Of a stretch of DNA of 64,000 bases, positions 13,690-27,390 are shown one piece after another. The stretch is from Octopus vulgaris (taxonomy: Eukaryota): the NCBI GenBank assembly GCA_951406725.2, contig OX597821.1, forward strand, positions 61,380,001 to 61,444,000. Reading direction: 5' to 3'. Position numbers and translations under genes: made by a program. Position 1 is the first letter of the stretch; every line of letters starts with the position of its first letter. Below the pieces are notes generated by a model. The model did no database searches and was not told the DNA's origin. It saw nothing but the letters and a program-made list of their open reading frames with translations.

Positions 13690-14300
13690 CACATGAGAGC
13701 AAACGGAATTTTGCTTCCTTTTTTACTTCATATACTAGTGTTTGTGTCTTCTGTGAGACACAAGACCTGCTTTGTTTTTGCTCTTTACACCGCATTCCTC
13801 ACATATAAAACGCTTAAAGGCAACTGCATTCTTTCGCCCTTGTCTAAGTCCACCTAGGTGTTCAATCCTGATGCTATTTTGACAGATTTTCTTCTACATA
13901 TTACAGTCAGCAAGACATTCCTAAAAATCCTTACCCTATTATTCCAATGTGTTTGATATCATTCTTAGATCACTTGTACCTAAGATGTCATCTTACATCT
14001 CTCACTCCCGCCTAGAGTTCTCCATAAGTGAGAATTTTCCGCAGTCTTTCACCATACATCCTATCAACATGGCAGGTTCATCCAGAGCCTGTATCGAGGA
14101 GGCCTGCGTTTTCTATATGAGGTTTATGAAACGAATCTTCATTAGAGATATCACTGCTCCATATGAAGCCACGGATATTTCTTAGACATCTCGTATTGAA
14201 ATGCATCTCGTTGTGTGAGATACTTTCTAAATGGTATCCACGATTTAGACTCTACATTAAATTTGAGACGACGACTGCGTAATAAACAGAGTGCTTAGTT
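13690..14300 (-). mobile_element. Old RTE-clade LINE 3' fragment
   Basis: Manual minus-strand translation gives VYYAVVVSNLM...FNTRCLRNIRGFIWSSDISNED...HVDRMYGERLRKIL. This resembles the RTE C-terminal pattern (RCLRxIxxIxW..N; HVxRM...RLPKxL). Confidence 0.55.
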
Positions 14301-15272
14301 TCACTCTCATTCCATACTCTCTACACAAATATATTCTCAGCAATATATAACATCATATAATTGATAATCAATACGCAGTATAAACCATAGCACAACATAC
14401 TTCATAACATTTGACAAGTTTCAACTTCTAGAAAGTTAACCTTTAATTCACCGAAACAGGAGAATTTATATCTTAGATCAAGAAACATATTGATTGCAAC
14501 TGCTACGACATCGATCTCACAGTAAAGTTGCAGTTTAAAATGCTGGCGACGGAACTGGTTCTGTAAAGTAGCTTGGCTCATTTAAGATTATTATCCGTCA
14601 ATGTCAAATTATCCCTATATATTAAGCATTTTACCAAATGACTTCACACTTAATATATCACATATTTCTTTCCGTAACCATGCTTTCAGTCAATGCATTA
14701 GTCAACAAAAGAAACGGTACATTAAGTATAGCGATGTGTCTGTATTGAAAAAACATAATAATAAAGAGGAGCAAACGCAAAAGTACGACATCAAAATTGC
14801 TCAAAATTCTTGAGAGCGCAAGGAACTAAGACATGCACAACAGGTGGTATTTACAAATATCTCCGGAGTGAATGCATTAATATCATTAAGTAATCTGTAT
14901 TGTTTAGTGTAGGAAAGCAAGGAGAATATACACGCAGCAAATTTATAATAAAAATGATTCACTATAGTTTACATTGATACCACTTTTCTCTGACTGATGA
15001 CCTTCTCCAAATTCACCAAATTCCTTCTACATGTTAGAGCACAGTCTATTAGTGCCCCAGAACACTTGTGAAAATGAAGCTAAAGAATGGCAACCAATCT
15101 GGGATATTATTTTTCTATGAGAGATTTACAATAATAATGTTTCGTTGCAATTCACACAAGATACGAATGAGGAATTTTAGAAGAATTATGTCATATTCAT
15201 ATGAACGATGAATATTAGGAAAATTATGTCATATACAAAATAATAATTTTGAGCAATTTTGATGTCGTACTT

Positions 15273-16486
15273 TTGGACAAAATAATAATTTTGAAATATC
15301 TATAAAACTGTCAAAAGCTTGTTTATTTTATATTATTTGATTTATTATTTGTGTTGCTTAACATGTTTTACTAAATTTGATGTTTCTTTTCAGATATAAT
15401 AAGGAAAAGGTAATAAAAAATTATTAAAATGACAGATCTATCGGACTTTTAAAGAGATCAAGTTGCTGGTGCTTGTATAACAGGCGCTATCGTAACGAAA
15501 ACAGCCGAAATGTCTCGAAAGTAAGGACAGCCTTTGAGAAAGAGGGAAAAATCTCCGCGTCGAAACAAAGCTCCGGTAGAATACCAAAATTTTCAGATAT
15601 GGACCGTCGGACTCTTACGCAAATTGTTAGAAAGGATCAAAAACGTACAGCCCTCAAAATTGCTGCAGAGCTTAATGACCACCTCGAGAACTCAGTTTCC
15701 ACAAAAGCTGTTCAATGAGAGCTGCACAAATCCGGATTTCATAGAAGGGCTGCAATCAGAGAACCACTACTTTCAAAGAACAAACATTGCAAAGCATTTA
15801 GAATGGAGTAAGAACCTACAGAATTGGTCCGTAGAGCAGTGGAAGAATGTTATGTTTTCGGACGAATCATCCTTTACCTTATTTCTGACCACCAGCCAAG
15901 TATACATGTGGAGACAGCCAAAAGAAACATTTGACCCAGACTACCTTCTAACTGTTAAACATGGAGGAGGATCGGTGATGATCTAGGTGAGGGAGCTATA
16001 TCTTGGGAATCTGCTGGTTCAGTGGTTCCCCTTCATGGCAGAATTAATAGTTAAGACTATTTTAGCATTTTATCTGATCAAATTCATCCTATGGTTGTGG
16101 AACTGTTTCCGGAGGGAAACACAAACATTCAGGATGATAATGCACTACTAAAGTTGTTACTGAATGGCATGAGGAACATTCTAGTGAAGTTGAACACTTT
16201 ATATGGCCTCCACAATCTGCAGATCACAATATTATTAAACATTGATGGTGCATTTCAGAAATACAAGTAAGGGGTCGATATCTTCCACCATCATCACTAC
16301 AAGAACTGGAGACTGTTTTAGATGAAGAATGGAGAAAAATTCCTTTGGAAAAAAATTCAAACTTTGCACAATTCCATAACTCATAGAATTCAACCTGTGA
16401 TTAAGGCCAAAGGCAGTCCTATCCCATGTTAAAATAAATTTGTTTGAAATTTTAAGGTGTTTCCAGTATTTTGTCCAACGTCCGTA
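15273..16486 (+). mobile_element. Tc1-like DNA transposon fossil
   Basis: The right end GGTGTTTCCAGTATTTTGTCCAACGTCCG-TA is clear. Only TTGGACAAAATA of the matching left TIR remains (15273-15284), so the left boundary is approximate. Confidence 0.8.
15429..16432 (+). pseudogene. Tc1 DDE transposase pseudogene
   Basis: MTDLSDF*RDQ, SGRIPKFSDMDRR, WKNVMFSDESSF, TVKHGGGSVMI, QDDNA and WPPQSAD motifs, with stops and frameshifts. Confidence 0.9.
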
Positions 16487-16744
16487 TATATCTCCGGATT
16501 ATATGTAAATTTTTTTATGCCACAAAAGACGCACGGGCATATACGATGAACCCCGAAATTTAACAGTACATATTCAGGAAAAAAACTTTTAATTTGTTTT
16601 AGTCCATTAAATCATGTAATATACTCACTGACGCTGTCATAGGAGTCAGAGGGAAAATTGCGCCTTACATACAAATACGTAACACACACACACACACACA
16701 CTCATATGTATGTATCTAATCATGTATGTATGTATGTATGTAAG

Positions 16745-16787
<43 letters not shown>

Positions 16788-17774
16788 ATATATATATATA
16801 CCATGGGTATAAATGCGAATAGAACTAAATATTATAAAGTAACAAAGATTGGTATTTATAGTTGTGGTATCATTGTTTAGAACACCTATTGTATCGCGGC
16901 GTCCAATCTAAAGATAGCATTCAGTAGAGAAGGAAACTGTTCTGCATCATTTCATTGGCTAATATTGATACTAGAGCTACATATATTGACAAATTAGCAG
17001 AAGAGATGTAACATCAATAATAACAAAATATATGCAAAGTTACACAAGCATTTATTCACATGTATACACACCCAAACATTCAACTGACAGGCACACGCAT
17101 ACATATATGTATGAATGTAGGTGTCTATGTATATGATTATGCATGTGTGTATATGCGAGTACGCTTTGATAAACACAGACAATATTCAATTGGCAAAGAC
17201 TATGGTTGCGGTTAATTTAGTAGCGAAACGTGGCCAGTCTATGGTATACTTAGATTTTACATCTGAATGAGCAGTTATAATTTGTTTATACCTATCTAAT
17301 TCAAATAAAGTCTTCCAGAACTGGTAAAGGAATTATGTAAAATTAAGTTCGAATTTTCCGCAAGTGATCTCCCAAATAATTTGAATTGTTTCAGCTTTTG
17401 GACATAAGCAGCAGTAAATAAATTGGCCCGGTTACATAATAAAGACGTTTGCAGAGATTCCAGTTGTTTGTATTGTACGTGAAACGAACAAAAATCAATA
17501 GTTTCCATCGACCACGAATCACTCTACATGGCTACATCACTCTCGAATCACATTCTAACAGTTTTGGAAATTTGTGGCGGTCACATTTGGAATGTCTTTT
17601 TCCAAAGGTCTACTCAGTCAATCTCAACTTATTTCTGAGTAAGCACAACAGCAACAATTAAGTGACAACAACTATTCACACACAAATACGCATGCATCCC
17701 TGTGTGTACATACGTGTGTGTATACATGCTTCAATATGAGTATATATATATACATATATATATATATAAGTATG

Positions 17775-17819
<45 letters not shown>

Positions 17820-17822
17820 ATT

Positions 17823-17873
<51 letters not shown>

Positions 17874-17904
17874 TTCTACATAGATTTGTATGCATATATA
17901 TATA

Positions 17905-18235
17905 GAACCTTGGCAAGTGCTTTCTACTATAGCCTCGGGCTGACCAAAACCTTGTGAGTGGATTTGGTTGACAGAAACGGAAAGAAGCCCGTCGTATATA
18001 TGTATATATATATGCGTGTGTTTGTGTGTATGAGTTAGCCCCCCCCCCCAACATTGACAACCGATGCTGGTGTGTCTAGATCCCCGTAACTTAGCGATTC
18101 GGCAAAAGAGACCAATAGAATAAGTACTAGGCTTACAAAGAATAAGTCCTGAGGTCGATTTGCTCGACGAAAAGCAGTGCTCCAGCATGACCACAGTCAA
18201 ATGACTGAAACAAGTAAAAGAGTAAAGAGTAAAGA
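17905..18235 (+). mobile_element. SINE (family B), 5'-truncated, with internal TA/TG microsatellite
   Basis: Aligns along its length with 49826-50212, including the tail CAGTCAAATGACTGAAACAAGTAAAAGAG. Confidence 0.8.
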
Positions 18236-19133
18236 GTATATATATTTATTTTGTATGCGTTTGTATGTATGTGGTGTATATAAATGCACACACACACATA
18301 ACACACTCGCACATACACACAAACGCGTATGGAGGTAAGAAAGAAAGAAAGAGAGAGACACACAGAGAGGGCCTGGGTAGAAAAAAATGAGAGTAATACA
18401 CTTTTAAGGCTAATCTTTAACGACGTATGATTTTATATAGCGTGAAGCAAGTAAATCAGCTTCGGTCTCAAATATTTGACAGAGTGTCCCATCTAATTTC
18501 TTTAAGAAACAAGTCATCTAAGTAAAGACAAAGAAATCCACAAAGCCGTATTTACTCTAATCTTTTTATCTGACAGTTTCCTAAATTGTTCTTTACATCA
18601 CTAAATAGTATACAATACTGGGAATTTAGCCAAAGAGTAAATAAATCTTTAAGTAGGAAACATTTCCCATTAAATAACCGTTGAGAAAATAGACATTAGA
18701 ACGTTTGGCAATGACCAGAATAGATTATATTCGCCTCAGGTACTTTCCAAGTTCTTCCTATTACCATGAGCTAAAATAATTCGTTGTGACACGTCGTTGA
18801 TTACAATAAATTTATTGTTGCATACTTAGCTATACGTAGCAGAGTGAGGCAAATTCCAACGTTCTTTATGAGCAAACTGCAAGGCGTAGACGCATATGGA
18901 AAGGAAGTGTTGCTAGTTTCGTACATGCGTATACATGTACTAATATAAGCACACCCGCAAGTAGAAAGAGATGCATATATCGCAGAAACATACTCGTATG
19001 TCATTCTTGCATGTATTTCAAGAAGCACATCGTAATTCACCTGAATGAAGTCATACATATATAATAATACACACACACCTACACACACACACATATATAT
19101 ATACGTACATATACATAAGTAAATATATGTATG

Positions 19134-19170
<37 letters not shown>

Positions 19171-19264
19171 TTACCGGTGTCCCAGTATGGCCACAGCCTT
19201 AGGGCTGAAACATATAAGAGAATACACGAATACCCATATGAATATCTATTTACCTATCTATCTA

Positions 19265-19319
<55 letters not shown>

Positions 19320-20026
19320 ATACACACACGTACAGATACATATATACTTACATATAAATGAGTGCTTTTGCATGTATTTATATACACATATGTATATGTG
19401 AGTGTGATAGTGCTACAAAATATTTTGTATGTAGGTAGACACACTTTCGAAATATCCAAACCCGTTCATTTTTATTTTGAAGATGGGAAAAATTAGTAGA
19501 GACAGCATGTCGTATATATTATCGTATTAGTATCCTGAACACGTTTTGTGTTAAAATGCATTATATATCAACCCAAATTACACCACGAATAATTGATGAG
19601 TTATCGGGAAAATGCAATTGTTCAGTGATTCCATGTAGAGCCAGTGATATGCAAGTACGTAGACATTTGAAATGCGAATAGGTAAATTCTATTAGAAACG
19701 TTGTTTCCATATTTTCAGAGAAAAATATATTTTCTAACAAGAAATATATTGTCAAGAATATTATTCTTGAAATAATATATGGAACTGTTTCAGTTAAAAC
19801 CTGAAATATTTTTGCTATCATTGTTATATAGTTATATCGTCTGCTCTACGTATAGAATTGTGATTTCTGCGGCAAATATCGTCTGCAAATATGAAAATAC
19901 TGTAAGGTCTTAACTTTTCGAGCGCATCGTAGATGTATGGTATTAATGAAGCCAAATAAATCAAATTAAATGCTTCAGATCTTTTAGTATAAGCTTGGCC
20001 TAAGAGTAGGGTTCAATAAGGTTGTA

Positions 20027-20066
<40 letters not shown>

Positions 20067-20141
20067 TTTTAAATCGTCTCAACTGAGGGCATATGTATTT
20101 GATACTGTACGTATTCTTGCTTACATGAATATATGAATGGT

Positions 20142-20143
<2 letters not shown>

Positions 20144-20238
<95 letters not shown>

Positions 20239-20351
20239 TTCTCTATCTATCTGTCTGTTTGTCTATCTTTCTGTTTGTCTTTCTGTCTGCCTGTCTGTTT
20301 GTCTATGTGTCTATGCGTCTGTTTGCCTGCCTGTGTGTGTGTGTGTCTGGC

Positions 20352-20390
<39 letters not shown>

Positions 20391-20398
20391 CTATCTAT
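20144..20398. repeat. (ATCT)n plus (GTCT)/(CT)n microsatellite
   Basis: Directly visible. Confidence 0.95.
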
Positions 20399-23300
20399 CA
20401 CTTGTTTTTCCTCTTGTTATATCCATTTCCAATATAGGCACAAGGCTGAAATGTATAGGGAGGGGCTGGTCGATTACATACATTTCAGTGCTGGAATGGC
20501 ATATATTTTATCGATTGAGGCGGGATGACTGGCAAAGTTTTCCTCGGAAGCATTCCTGCTTTTATAATTTCCACATGGCTTTTTCCGAGCAGTTAATCGG
20601 TATTTTTTTCGCGTGCGTTCTCAACAGGCTACCACAGACACACAGTCACACACACACTTACGCGCGCGCGCGTAAATAAAACCGTACATTTTATGAAGGA
20701 CATATAATTTTACAACTGCAATATCATTTTAATTGGCAAAAAATTCGAAATCCCTTCTTTGTTGGCGAAGTATTTTCTGGCATTAGCTCAAACTGAATAT
20801 TAAAATGTTCGGCATTTGTAGAAGCGAAAATAATTTTATTGTATGACTAAATCCCAAAATTGTGTCTATGTTGTTCCTTGGAAACGCCAAGAAGACGTTT
20901 AGTATAAGTATTTATTTTGTGATATATTCTCACATATTTATGGGTCTGTATGCTGCACACTATTTACTATCGATTTGAATTTTAAGACGATCGATAAGAA
21001 TTTTAAGTATATTTTCGTGGATTTCAAATTTTAATGTGCTGTATTTAATTAAAGATGCATTTTAAAACAATAATGTTCCATCGGAGTTTAGTTTGATTTT
21101 GATATGAAATTTAGGGCAGTTTTAAATTCTATGTTAGTAGCAGTAAATATTCATTTGAGAATATAACATTCAGAAGAGATAACATCTATTGCTTCTTATG
21201 AATGAATAAATGATGACTTCTACTAATGCATCTACATTCGTACTATTTTACTTTTAAGCTCCATCATACACGTTTTGATACATACAGTTGTTAAAAAAAA
21301 TGAGAAGCATTCTTATTATACTCTAGTTGAAACTGATTTTCAAGTAAATCCATGGAGAACATATGTATATATGATCGTGTTCGTATGTGTGTATGTGTTT
21401 GTGTTTGTATGATTAGATACACCAATATACAAACATCCATGTGGATATATATTACTTATATTCGCCCACTCGCAGAGTAAACCCATCTCTACACACATAC
21501 AGACATACGTTTATATATGGATTCGCATATATGCTTAGTTGAATATGTTTCTTCCTTTGATTTTCCGTTTTTTCAGATGGTAGTAGTTTAACAACCACTA
21601 TACATTGTGTACGGTAATAAAGTGCTACCCGTTCTATGACGGGTAACCTTGGAAGTACATTTTTGCTATCGGAAATTATGGCATACATAGCCTACTTACA
21701 TATATTTTATAAAATTTGCCGTTTCCTTTGCCTTCGTTTTCTTTCTTGCGATAGTCGTTGGTGTTGTTGGCTGTGTATCCCACGTATTACCTCGGGTACT
21801 ATTATGAGTAGTGGAAGCGCTCTCTAGATCTCTACTTTAAATAGGTAGAAGCCTCTCACTTGATTACTAGTGTGAATTCGACAAGTGTAAGCAGGTATTT
21901 AGTGAACGATTTTGGACTATTGTACCTACTTCCCTTAAAACGTACGATGCAGTATGATCTTGTAAGTGCAACTTATTGAAAAATTCTGTTTAAAAAATTG
22001 TAAGATACTTGTATGCTTGAGAAATATTAACTAATTCATAACGATATCAGAATTGATAGGCTCTCGGATTCCTATTATTACTTGGCCCATCACACCTCTA
22101 GAACTTTTAATAACTTTGCACTTAACTTCAGAAAATAATTTCATTTTTGTGATCCTTAAGGCCAAATGAGAAGATCACAGTGAGGTGATACAAGCAGTCT
22201 CTCTAACTTAAAAAGTAGCATGCTTCTTTGCTTCCATGCTTTTTTACTGGTTGCTGGGTTTGGAAATTGTGTTGTATGTATTAGTAATGCTGTTCGAATG
22301 AAGTGTGTCATACATAGAAGTACTAGTCTGGCATAAATCACTTTTGTTTTTTCTATTAGCAAAGGTAAGTTGTTTGGGCAATTGTTGTTGACTGTAAAGA
22401 GTGTTTAATAAATGGTTAAAATGGTGTCCATTTTTTATTTTCCTCATTCATGGATTATACTTCGAACTCTCAATGTCATATAAAGCCATTTTCGTTGTAT
22501 ATTGATGTCCTTTAACGAATATAGAAGCGGTTGCTTCAACGTATTCATTCGTCTATCTCCGGCTACGTATAGCATTCAGCAAATTATCGACCGATCATAG
22601 AAGCACACATTAACATACATAACCATATACGTACAAATAATTAGTTACCAGTAAGACTTGCAATCTTGTTGAATACACCCTCAAACGTTTCCAGTTGAAA
22701 CTCCATCAATGTTTTAATAATAACTACGTTTATTATAACTCAAACTACAAGACAAAACATTTTCCGCTTAGTTATAAAAGAGTAAAGATATTTTGTTGCT
22801 ATATTTGTTTTCAAAGGTCAAATCTAACCAAGTTCATAGTTGTGTCATTGTACATTTACTGAGTCAGAATATAGAAGAACAGTTTATATATCACCTGCCT
22901 TGTATTTCATGTCCCCAGTACAAACATATCAAACATTATTATTTAGCACTTCACTGCATTGATATCGATTTTGAGAATATCATCCATGGTGCCATTCCTA
23001 TTCTGGACATCATTCGCGTCAATGACTTCCACATTCTAAAATTTGTCACACTATGATTTCTAACCAACAGCATTCTCTTGCGGAAACTTTTCCAGTTATA
23101 ACAACGTCTGTTCTAGTGATCTCCGGTTGTCTAGTTTATTAATTCAAATACCATAGCAAATATCTCTTATTCTGTGATATCACTCTTTTGACTTCAATTT
23201 CAATTACATCAGTCACTGTTTTGTGATACATGTTGAACTGTAATTGAAAACCAGTTTCCATAAAACAATTGTTTACCATTTCCAAAAATATAAAAAAGTC

Positions 23301-25239
23301 TACTTCTGCAGCTGTAACAATCTTTGTACAGCTATTAATTTTTTTAGAATTAAACATAACAAAACAAATATGAAAGAAAGCAATGTAGTATTTTAGTCTG
23401 AATTATGTTTATGTAAAGAATATTAATTAATTATTTTGATATTAATTATAGTGATCATTTTCGTCTGAAATATTTAATCAATATACCATTAAATAGCTAT
23501 AACTTGAAATTGTGTTCAATAGCATTCCATTATATTCACGAGCACGTTGGAAACATAAAGTATGATAAAAGACGGTAGCCACTATGTTTTTTAGAACCTG
23601 TAGCCAGTATGTTTTTATAATGTATTCCTAATTATACTGGCCAATAGATTATGTTTTTCTTTTTAATATAAAATTAAAGTTCAATACATGCAAACAACGA
23701 TGTCTTTTATTTTTGGAGAGCTTTTCCATGTGATGATTAGTAATTCCTATCTGAATTAGGCAAAATGCCAAACCATCTGAAGGAGGGCTATAGTCAATCA
23801 TATCGACCCAGTACTTGCTACATTTTTTTATTGATCTCCTTCTGGAGATTCAAATAAGAAAATAAAAAAAGGACATAACTTAATATCCCCAAAGCCGAAT
23901 TCGATGCACTAGTGATTTTAATTTTCACTGGTCTTGGAAGACCAGTAATTGATTATATGATAATAACTTCGTGTATTCTGTCATATGAACACGAAATAAG
24001 CGAAATAAGAAAGCAGCCTGGTTCAACATAGTATAAATCTTTGCTTAACTATAATAGCTCGATAATTTCATTAAAAAAGACATGGAATTTACACCATTAA
24101 TTTCCGTTTCATCTAATGTCCGTATAACTCGAGTTAATGGATAAGTCTGAAAAACATTATCTAAATTTACTAAATTTAAAGCATTACAAAATTAAGTAAA
24201 TAAACGTGTACTGTATTTTCATCTCATTAAATGCCGTAACATAACACTGTATGAGAGCACGCGGCCATCCGTGTCTAAAACAGTTACGTAACCAGATAGA
24301 AAACTACAGAATTTCATTTTACTAAACACATACGCACATTCTCAGGCAAACACACTGACACACTCACACGCCAACACACACGTATTCATGTGCGCTTGCG
24401 GAGCGCGCACACACACAGAGAGGACAAAACAACATTTAGCATACTTTATCGAATGCAATATATTTCATTGCAGTAAAAGCAAATTTATGCTTAAAGATAG
24501 ACAAGAATATTATATGCTCGGGATTTCATAAAGGTACAAGTGCGATGTAAACAAGAGGAAAAATTGAAAAGATAAAGGTGTAGGAGGCGATTAATTTTAA
24601 TAAAACATGCAAGTATATAAGTATGTATGTATGTATGTGCATGTTTATATATATGCACGTATATATCTATATTCAAATGCATATTACGTACATACATACA
24701 CATATATATGTATATCTATCTATATCTCTGTCTATATGTAATTTAATAAACACAGTGTATGTGCTTATGTACTACAATTAGTTTCATGGAATGAAAGCGT
24801 GCCAGGCTATTTTTTTTCATACGCTTGGTGTCTTAGCGCAATCTTCAGGCACTGTCCATTTGGTATATCAAGCTAAACATAGGACTATAGGACGAGAGAA
24901 AACGGAGAAAAGCCTTATATTTTACGGCCAAAGGAGAAACATTTCTAATTCACCACTTTTTGCTTCTTTCTGTTATATTTTCCTTTTTCCGGTTTTCCCC
25001 CCTTCCAACTTTTATAATTACTTTGTTTCTCACCTTTCGTTTCATGCCATCTGAGTTGTACTTGAAGAGTGCACTGAGACATCAGATGTGTTAAAAATAC
25101 TGCCTGGCATGCTTTAATTGCATGAAACTAATAACATCACATAAAGCCACTGTATATCTTGCACAACAGCCATTGTACAACTTGATGCGCGTTGATACTT
25201 AAGGAATTCTTACAGCTACGTTATGTACATTCATATACG

Positions 25240-25278
<39 letters not shown>

Positions 25279-25283
<5 letters not shown>

Positions 25284-26121
25284 TTGAGTTGTGGGGTATC
25301 GCACGAGTGGGATTATATAAGAAAAAAGGTTTGAAAATGCAATTTAAACGATGTTTATTTACTTAACCGGTTTCACTCTTTGGTAAAAGATTGTCAAAAG
25401 TTACATTTAAGGAAACATTGAATAATATGGGTTCAAAAAAGTTTTTTACATAATTGTCACATTGGATATTATGAATTCAAAAATGTTTTTTTATACATAA
25501 TTGTCACATTACATGTATAAATATAGTGTTGGGTAACAGAGAAGTTCAATAGTGTGATGAGAATATTTGGGAAAATTTGGCAGAAAAGGATACAACAAAT
25601 ATATTATTGGGAATTGGTTACGTTAATTATTGGTTGTCGCAAATTGTCACATTACATGTATATATATACAATCTTTGGTATATATATACAGCGTTTTGAC
25701 AGCAAAAATTAAAATGGATTTTTTGTACATCTCAGAATATTTTAAGTATGTTTTTACTGACCTGTCAGTATTAGCAGAAAGGCTGAACTGAGAGAACAGA
25801 AGAAGTAGCCAATGTGGTGTATACTTCCCCTTTATGCATGAATGATTTTGGGGTTATCATGAGGTTAGTATGCGGGTGTGAATAGATGTGTCCGTGCCTG
25901 CTGGTCAGATAGCGTCTGTTTGTCACACACATATATATACACACAAACACACACACACACAACAACACACACACACACATAGTATACAAACACACACCAC
26001 ATACAAACAACACACACACACAGAACACACACACCCACACACAACGCACCCACATATATCACATATACACACAGCACACAAATATAACATGTATCTATAT
26101 ATAACATACACAGATATATAA

Positions 26122-26181
<60 letters not shown>

Positions 26182-26677
26182 TACATACATAATATAAATA
26201 TCACACAAATACACCTAGCATATATATACACACATACAATACACACATACAGCATGTAAGTAATATACATACACAACATATGCATGCAATATACATACGC
26301 AATACATACATATAATATATATATATATAGACAATGCATATACATATATACACATATACATATAAATAGTGTTTACATACACATACATAGATGTACCACA
26401 TATACACACAACACACATACATACAATGCATACACATACACGTACGCATACATATAATATATATATACACACACACACACACATAACATACATACACACA
26501 CAATGCATACATATATATACACGCAATGCATATACATGTATTCATGCATATATAGCACACCTACAATATACATATATACAGTGCACACATACACACAAAT
26601 ATATACACTTAATTGTACACGTACATATACAATACACATACATACAATATACATATACACAATGCGCATGCAAATAA
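25279..26677 (-). repeat. 3' pseudo-LTR of PLE-2 (~1.4 kb)
   Basis: Nearly identical to 31037-32436. Confidence 0.95.
25361..25401 (-). ncRNA. Minimal hammerhead, U3-A8 variant (3' pLTR copy)
   Basis: ACTT-TTGACAA-TCTTT TACC AAAGA GT-GAAA-CCGG-TT-AAGT. Confidence 0.7.
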
Positions 26678-26979
26678 TGTACATCTTTATACACACATAA
26701 ACATGCAAATAAATATACACACACACACATACACACACACACATATATATACACACATATATATATATATATATACACACATACATACATACATACATGC
26801 ACATACATATATTTTTTCACACACATGCACACACATATATATATATAAAAAATTCACCACCCCCCACACACACAAATTACAAACCTATAGCGTACACACT
26901 CAAATATATCTCTACATGCCGCACACACACACAAACAAAGTACTAACATATACACACATACCATGCATATACACACACA

Positions 26980-27012
<33 letters not shown>

Positions 27013-27390
27013 AAAACAGATAAATATGTAAATACATACACACGTACACAATGCTCACACACACACACACACACATACACACACACCCGCACACAGTGCA
27101 CACGCACACACACATATATACACACGTGCACACACACACACACACACAACGCGTGCACACACACATATACACACACACGCACACAGTGCACACACACACA
27201 CACAACACTCACACACATACATCACCTACATATATATAATGCATACGTGTGCATGCCACGTATGTGTGCGGTCAATGCCCGCTAGTGTGTCCTATGCGTG
27301 CCGATGCGCGCATGTGCCCGCCCGCACGATATGCTGTGAGCGTGCGCGCGTCCCTGTGTGCTTGCTCTGGATGTGCTTCCAGGGGGTATG

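Noticed and set aside
22150-23360. Unique sequence with short ORFs that might be a decayed gene
   Set aside because: Manual translation gave frequent stops and no motif I could recognise.
23925-23947. ACTGGTCTT-GG-AAGACCAGT hairpin resembling the start of miR-7
   Set aside because: The stem is only 9 bp, too short for a pre-miRNA, and the sequence diverges from miR-7.
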